A stretch of 64,000 nucleotides of DNA from Pocillopora damicornis (taxonomy: Eukaryota): contig NW_020847572.1 in the NCBI RefSeq assembly GCF_003704095.1, positions 248,001 through 312,000 on the forward strand, given 5' to 3'. Position numbers and translations under genes: made by a program. Numbering within the stretch: the first letter of the stretch is position 1; every line of letters begins with the position of its first letter. The notes beneath the pieces are model-generated. The model was given only the letters and a program-made list of their open reading frames with translations. It was not told where the DNA came from and made no database searches. Of this stretch, positions 56,201 to 64,000 are shown in pieces.

Positions 56201-59200
56201 GGCTTTAAAATCTATTTTGAGGCGTTTTCCTATAGTAAACGACTAGAAATCAGTAGAAAATTGATTACGATTGAAAATAGACTTTTTGACAAGAACATAA
56301 TGTTACAAGCTCAAAGTACTGTTCGCTAGCCTTCCTCCTTCGAGAAAGGCTTCGATCTACAGGTAGACAAAAATTCCTCTGAGAAATCCCTTAAAATGAA
56401 TTGTTGTTCTGGCACATGTTCACAACAGATTGACTATTTCTGAACAAATCGCAGAACTATTATTTCGAACATAGAACTTGAAATTTCACCGAGAATTAAT
56501 AGGACTCTACTCGCCTTTGGCCAGAGAAGAAATTCGTTTTCTTAAACTTGCTTCCTTTCGGCTGCTTCGGATGTAAAGCCATTGTATCAATCTATTCTGC
56601 TTCTCATCTCATCAAAGGGCAAAACGGGCTGAGGCAGAGATCGTGCTTCAAATGTAAAAACCAAACTTAAATCGCCCGCAGTGATAGAAAGAGAAAGTCT
56701 CTCAACTGTGTGCTACAACAGAAAGGAATGAATTATGTTACTTATTAGGAATGAGAATTTGTATGTTGAAATGTGGCTGTTGACCTGTGAACCAAGTACA
56801 CACGACGTCAAGTTTTAAGTTTCGAGAAGTGATAATGTACTTGAGCGACTTTTTCTAAATTGCGCGTTTAACTGACTTAACTGACACGAAGACACAGAAT
56901 AGAACATTGAGTTGGTATTACTCATCATAGAATTGAGAAGTGCTTTTATACAGAGATTCACAATTTTCCTATTCCCCTGTAAACTAATTCCCGTTGATCT
57001 ACTAGTTTTTTTTACGCTAGTTTTCGTCAATGCTTTCCTTCATATTTACTTTGGTCATTTTGTGGTTTAGTAATAATTAGACAAGTTGAGCCCCCATTTG
57101 AACCAGGATGGGACGCCATCTCTCTCAGATGTGCGTGGGAGAGCTGATGTCAGAGTTTGAAACGGAAACTAAACACGAGCCATAGTCATATCCGAAAAAA
57201 TTTGTCGATGCCAACACTATTTATCGATACAGTCTACGTGGCTCCCGGCTAAATCTGTTCATTCCAAGACCGAGCATTAAAGCCCTTAAAAGGAGGTTTC
57301 GGCACAGTACTCTTGAAACAGTCTGTCAAACGAGACTGGTTTTTAAAGGGTGTTTTTTTCACTCCCACCTACATTTTTGTTCTTATACTATAGGAATAAA
57401 AATATTTTTCGTAGTCTGACATATATATATATATATGCTTTATTAGGATCCTCGTGTAATTATATATTATCTTATATATTTTATGCTTCATTTTTACCTA
57501 TTTTTCTTACTAAATTTTTTTTGTTTTTTCGTCGAGTGTTTTATACATGAGCCTCGTTGTTCGGACGGTTCAGCGACCATTTCCCACGTTATGGACAATA
57601 AATAAATTATTAATATTATTCCAAGCAGGCCACTAATTTAAACAATTTTTATATATAAAAAAATTGAATAAGATTTATTTTAAGATATTATAAATGGATT
57701 TTTCACAAATTAACTATTTAAGTAACGATAATTATAGTGCTATTTTATTGATCGTAGTTGTAGTGCATGCATGGTTCCTCGGGAGAGTACTTCTTGGTGA
57801 TGATAGATGCGTAAGTAAATAAAGTTTGCACTCATTCATCCCGTCCAGTCAAGAAAAATGCCCCGGAAACAATGAGTATCGTTATGGACGGACCCTCTCT
57901 AAACCTTAAGATGTATTCCTCTCTGAACAGAATGAAACGTCGGATCGTTTGATCATTTTGACAGGTCATTTGGATTCCAACATAAGCATGGAAACCTAGA
58001 TAAACTTTTAAACTAAGTCAATTATAATTCAAAAGTTTCCACTGACGATTTGGGATCCCCTTCCTCCAAGATGGCAACTTAGTCTGAATTTTTCCCCTGT
58101 TTCCTGGAGAAAAACAACTTCGTTGAGAGTAAATCACTTTCGATCGTTGTACTTATCATAACAGTACCGAATATATTTAACGCTTAAGACAATGAATAAA
58201 GTAATCAATTATGCGATTAGCTACTAATTACTTCCCATGAGAAGATTTCTAAAGTTGAATAGGTCAATGTCTTTTCCAGTTTTATTACTGGCCTGAAAAA
58301 CCATAAGAGCTACCTACATCTTCACCAAGCCTCTAGTTAGGCCACCTTATGATGTTGCCATGTGAAATAATAAGAGTGTATGAGTTTTTTTACTTTTTCT
58401 TATTGCCTTTGGAACAAAATCAGTTGAAACTGACAGATATAAGAAAAGATGACCTCCAGATGGGATGGTTTTAATATTAATGGAATATTTTATCGATCAG
58501 AGTAGAATTAATGAAACCATGAAAAGATGATCATAGCAAAACTAACAAAACCATGTAAAGATGAACTGACCAAAGAATTGGCAAATTTAAATGACTGGAA
58601 GTGGTTTACATAGAAAAAACCGACTCCGACTCCGACTCTACTGTATCACCACACTCGACACACTGAAAACTCATCTTTTCTAAAAAAAGAACTCTTAGAC
58701 GGAAGTGTAATTGCTAATCCGATTTTCTGCTTAATCCCCACTAGGAAATAATGATAATAATTGCATAATCGTTTATTTCTTTTCCATGCAACTTGAAGAC
58801 TGAAAACGCGAAATTCTTATGCCCAAGTCGCACTTAAAAGTATATATGTGAATAATCATATGAGTCACGGTTAGAGTAAGTTTGTAGGTTGAAAGAGTGT
58901 ATGTAACTTTGGTGATTTGGAGTCAAGGCAAAATTGTATCTTGAGAGGTTCAAAGACAAGTCTCTATACCAAATAAAAGGGTAAATTTGCTTACATGAAA
59001 GGATGGAGATTCTATAACCAGCTGAACGATAAATTCATGAGATTCACCTGTTAAACCAATTGACCATGTAATTCTTTGAACAGACGACACGATGGTAAGA
59101 AAGAAAGTAAAAAGGAATGCCGCCTTGTAATAGCAATTAATGATATCTCGTAATTATTTCCCTCTGTTTCTTTTTTTTTTTTTTACACTAATTATTTGAC

Positions 59201-59454
59201 TGTTCAAAGGTGCCATTCTTTTTCCTTTTCTATCAGTCTTATGGATCACATGAACTTGGGAAGATCATTTCTCTGTCCTCAGGTATGAAAAGAAAGAAAG
59301 GCGTCCCCTTTTGGCCATGGGTGTGATAATTCTCCTTCATCGAAGCTTACCATACAATTGATAGCAGACCTAACTCTTTTGTGAAGACATGTTACAATGG
59401 AAATATGATTGAGCTTTAACCATCGAAAGTATCATTGGCAGTTCATCCCGCTCA

Positions 59455-59860
59455 GTATGCACCGATTAATTCGAAGCTTGTACATCCCCACGGGTAACCC
59501 GCAGGCATTTGGCCGTCCATGCCCGGGGAAACCTTGCCTGGCTGGGGTGGGGAATTTGACTCAGAAGTGTCTAGTCTTTTCAGCGGAATACACGTGTTGT
59601 ATCTTTTGATATGAAGGTGTTTAAAGGTAAAGAGTTCACTTTCGCAAGCGCATGGCTCGGCAGAAAATGTCTCCATGTTTGAGTTTTAAAACTTGGTCAA
59701 TGTTCAGAAAGTCACGATCGCTGATTTTTCCTTTCACAAGAAAATTGACTGACAAATTGAGCACTTGGGTAGGGCATTTTTCACAACTCTAGCCCTTTAG
59801 GTGGGAATTTGAAAAACCAATTCTTCAAAAGTTTAGATGCACGGGGAATGTTGAGGGAAT
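59455..59860. mobile_element. Non-autonomous DNA element / MITE-like repeat
   Basis: Starts tatgcaccgattaattcgaagctt..catcccc, with internal ggggtggggaatttga / gggcattt repeats. A similar end lies at ~16295-16392. Confidence 0.45.
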
Positions 59861-60016
59861 GTAGTCTGGTAATGAGGAGAACAGAGCTATGTCTGGCGAA
59901 AAATAAGATGGTTGTTGAATCCTCTTGTTCCTAAATGCCAACGCTCACTCGAGATGGCTGATCTGCCTGAGGTGAGCCCTCGGGGGATCCTCCCTCATCC
60001 GGCCCTGATCGGCAAC

Positions 60017-60352
60017 AATATGCAGTGCAGTAATTGGACGTTATTGGACACTCCCCTTGGGGCTTTTCAGGACCAATTTCACAATCTTCTTTCCCTATTG
60101 GGTGAGATCGGACGTCAGCTTATGTAAGGTGCCTCTGGCTGCCGCTATCAGTCCATTTTGATCTCACCTACCCACCCACCCGACCCTTACACGTCCCCTA
60201 CTCTTTTCGACAAGTGCGTGGGTTCTTTAACGTCCCCTGCTTACCATGTAATACTGAAGATGCAGGAGACGGGGCCTACGGTTTTTCGTCCTTATCCGAG
60301 AAGACTAGGATGTCTAACCATTTGCAGATGTAATTACAAAGGCAGCACATTT

Positions 60353-60385
<33 letters not shown>

Positions 60386-60454
60386 TGGTCTGGGGCACGA
60401 ACCCTCGACCTCCCGCACAGCAGACTGGCGCCCTACCAACTGAGCTAACCAGGC
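60017..60454 (-). mobile_element. Near full-length tRNA-derived SINE with Deu/Nin-like core
   Basis: Minus strand: gcctggtTAGCTCAGTTGGtagggcg...GGTTCGTGCCC (A and B boxes), then ggacgttaaagaacccac...gaaaagagtagggg core and a ctgaaaagcccc tail. Confidence 0.8.
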
Positions 60455-61271
60455 TGGCCCATCTTTGGTAATCCCTCGAGGGATCCTCCCCCACAGCTGA
60501 TTGCCAACGCTCACTCAAGATGATGGTCTACTGGTGGTGAACCCTCGAAGGATCTGCCTCGTGTCTGGTTGCCAACGCCCACTCTCTTTTGAAGATTTGT
60601 TTCCCGCTCAAGAGGCTAGATAGTGAAATTGATTATTCTCCTTGGGATTTAAGCCGTAAAAAATCGTACCCCGTTTGGCGAAGCATATCTCATCAAGCTT
60701 TACAACAGAGTGCCTCTAGGATGGTGCTGGTGGAGAGGGGAGGGGATCGTATAACGAATTGAAATTCTTTAAGTTCTCTTACTTTTATATTCAAAATCTA
60801 TTCAATAAAGGTTGATTGAAATGAGGATAGAGGACATCTCCAAAACTAAATAAACAATGGTAGCCCAGGCTAACGATGAGATGAGGTTCTGAATCATTTC
60901 TTTTTTGGGTGTGTATTGCTTGCCGAAGTGCAGTAAGAGCGCACCAGCAAGGCCTCTAATGCGACGTGAAGCTAAAATGGCATAAACTTGGCCTTCTTCT
61001 CAATCAGTAGATCATCGACCACGGATAACAAAACTTCACGTCAATATTTCATTTATTTCTCACATGGAGTGTAGTCACTTCTGTACGGAGCGAAGTAACT
61101 TCTTTTGTGGAGCGATCTACATTTTGGTTGGAGCGAACTGACTCGGACCAATCTAACCATGGAGCGAAGGATGGAGTGGGAATTGCAATGAAGATTCCCA
61201 TGGAGTACTTTCTAAATTAATCCAGTCGATTTTATTCTGCTTTATAAGAAGACCTAAAACCAGTCGACCTT

Positions 61272-61315
61272 ATCGCCCGATGAAGACCACCAGTATGCAG
61301 TCGAAACGTCGCGAT
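61272..61315 (+). ncRNA. Minimal type I hammerhead ribozyme motif (Penelope pseudo-LTR type)
   Basis: AUCGC CCGAUGA A GAC caccaguaugca GUC GAAA CGUC^GCGAU: perfect 5-bp stem I, 3-bp stem II, palindromic ACGU stem III, GUC cleavage triplet at 61308-61310. Confidence 0.7.
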
Positions 61316-64000
61316 TCACATCATAAGTGACCACATCGTGAGACAAACGATAATACTTTATAATTATTGTACTTTACCACGATGAACAAGGAAAACCTTT
61401 TTTTACGAAATCTACAGGAAATAGTCATTCAAACTAGAATAAGATTATAGTCATTCAAATTATACGACCTGAAGATAACATCTGCATTTGCCCATATGTA
61501 AGAAGGTGTAGTGGCAGAACTGCGAAACAGTTAAAGTTCATTTTCGTTAGCAACTAAACCGCCAGCATGTGGTCGCTTACTTCGAAACTACGAAACTGAT
61601 TTCAAATGTTTCCTCTTGCATTCTAGTTCATAACAAAGACAAAATTTGTTAGACTAAAAGTGCCGATGTTTTGACAACAACACTTGACTGTTCCAGAAAT
61701 TGGCATGAGCCTAACTAAAAATTCGTCAACACCACCTTGGCTTTGATGAGCGTAACCGACTGAATTTCTTTCTTCAGTTGACAAACAGCTCGCTTGCGCT
61801 GCCAATAAAATTTCATTAGCCTTGTTAGTTTACTTAAAGTGATGCAAATTAATTAGTCCTGTCGATCCAAGCCCTATATCACCTGTTTAAGTTCATTTTG
61901 TTCTTTATTCTCCATCTCCTGTTCTTTTTTTGATTAAAGAGACTTCTCTTTCTGAGGACTTGAACATTGTTATTTCCGCTAAGATAAGGCGATGGCAGCT
62001 TTTCCCTAAAACAATGCTATCCCTTCATAAAAAAACTTCAACTTTAACTTCAACACATCATTAATATTTAGTCATCGTTTCTTTGAAATTTTTTGCATAC
62101 TAAAGAATGTTTGCCTATCTTATTTTCGCTCTTCAACCTTCAAATAGCGAGAAACTTCGTCCCCACTTGTCGATAGAGGGAACTACGAAATGTGTTCTTA
62201 TTTTATTATTAAGAGCGTTATTTTTTAATGATGTGCCAAACTGCTGACAGATTTCAGTCATTTAAGTTCTTAGTCTTAGACTCTTTATTTTCACGACACG
62301 CAACCTGCAAAGTTTACGGGTGGATTTCCACCAATTATCAATGCTATAGTGTCATTCGTATCTACCAGTTGACAGCCAATTATCGCATGGAACTTTACTC
62401 TTACTTGACGCTAAATGTATAAAAAAACATCAGCAATTGAAGCGCAATCTTTCGCCTCACTTGATAAAATCTTTCTTTATTTCTTCTCTACTACTTTATT
62501 CTCCTCTCTCCTTCCATTTTCTGGCAATGAGAAGCGAAAGTTTCAAAGAAGTCAAAGTTTTGAAAATTTTGATTACTGGTAAATTAGTAGAGTACCTCGT
62601 CTACTTGTGGTCGGGATTTGGTGCCATCTTTATACTAGGTTTTCAAAGGAAGCTCATCGATGGACGAATTCAAATTGCTTTTGCCTAAATTCTGTATTGT
62701 ATAGCACTTTCATATTACAGTCATGACAAAAAGAAAAAAAATGTTTAAGAAAAACTTATGTTTTAAAGCTATCATACCTTTGATTGCCACATTTTCCACA
62801 CAAACACATATAACTTTCGTGCTAACTCAAGACAATTACTATTCCATTCTAAGCGCACGTGGACCTGGGAAGAATAAGTCAATAGGCATATATGGGTGAG
62901 AAATCAACCTTTTGCCAAATTGAGTTCCATAACAGTACATAAAGTGGCATTTTAGAATTAAGTGAGGGGCATCGATGAGTTGATTCATATGATTTTTTTG
63001 CTCTGAATAAAAGTTTGCCACGGTCTTCTTTAAACCAACGAACTGGCAAAAAAATTAATATTTATTTGCAAATTAACCACTCTTGATAGCAATCATTCGG
63101 CTAATGCATGAATACAGGAAGAATAAAGTCCAATTCTATTAGCTCTCTCCATAGAGCTTTCCGCCGAAATTGTTTTCGTTTTCATTTGTCTTTAACAGCT
63201 CATAAGTCTTTTTTGCTGGGTGACAATAAAATTATTGTTTTCATTAAAAACGGAGAAATATTGCTGCGATGCATTTTGCACATTTCATCAATTCATTTTG
63301 CGATGGGAAAAAAATCTATCTTAGTTGCGCCCCAAAGAGTCACCTAATGTACTCGTTGTCTTAGGTGAATTAGACTCCACTTTACCAGATATAGAGAAAC
63401 TATCGGATGATTTCCTTGAGAAAAATAATTGTTATCAGCCCTTTTATATTGCTCTCTTAGCAACATGTGATCGAACGAAGAAGTGGCGGAAACTGACGTC
63501 CACAAAGCCTTTGGCAATTAAAACGATAATAATCAAATTAAATCCGAGGTGTGAACGCATGCACGCCTAAGGGGAAGATTTCTTGGGGGTCCAAATGCAA
63601 GGCAGAAATATTCATTAAGTCATCCCATGCTTAGTTTTTTCCTGCTCGTGTTGCTAAATTGAACCATTTTTAAGTTTCATAACTCCCTTCTTTATTTCTC
63701 ACCTCTTACACTAATAACTAATCCAAGCTCAAGACGTATCATGTCTCACGCACTTAGAGTTTATTTCCAAGCAATAACTTTTTCTAAAAATGGCTCAAAA
63801 CTCAGAGTGAGAATGAACAACCCACCCTTATATACGAGGTAATGCTCAGCGAAAAAACACATGAACTACATAATAACGCTCCTGCAATAAATGAGAACTG
63901 AGCTAAACAAAAATGGAAATTTCCCGCTCTCAAATAAATAATATTTATTCAGGTTTGGCGCAAGCAGGTTCACGCTTCATTTTCTCTGACATCCACATAG

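Noticed and set aside
60380-60454. tRNA-like sequence on the minus strand
   Set aside because: It is the head of a SINE: no proper acceptor stem, and it continues directly into the SINE core.
61055-61175. Four ~21-nt spaced tggagcga repeats, superficially CRISPR-like
   Set aside because: Repeats are short and degenerate with tiny spacers, the context is eukaryotic, and there are no cas genes; an ordinary minisatellite-like TE part.

Overview
Eukaryotic, intron-containing animal DNA with several N gaps. The repeat families (TTAA-flanked MITEs, tRNA-derived SINEs, Penelope remnants) and gene types suggest a cnidarian, probably a stony coral; this is an inference. Left to right: (1) 3' end of a dead LINE abutting a decayed F5/8C+LamG-domain gene fragment; (2) two intact, divergently oriented two-exon inositol 2-dehydrogenase-like (Gfo/Idh/MocA) genes of 337 aa forming a ~7.5 kb inverted duplication; (3) a rearranged, promoter-less inverted pseudo-copy of the neighbouring LRP2BP/TMTC1 pair; (4) intact LRP2BP (6 exons, 352 aa, minus) and TMTC1 (18 exons, 884 aa, plus) head-to-head, with 126 nt between start codons; (5) an NK1/slouch homeobox gene (2 exons, 274 aa, minus) with two eh1 motifs and a WHPWM hexapeptide, inside a >28 kb gene-poor region. 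Two minimal, Penelope-type hammerhead ribozyme motifs with non-canonical cores lie at ~3.8 kb and ~61.3 kb. All exon boundaries were read by hand from GT-AG sites and checked for phase. No database searches were run, and I found no clearly new multi-gene system.
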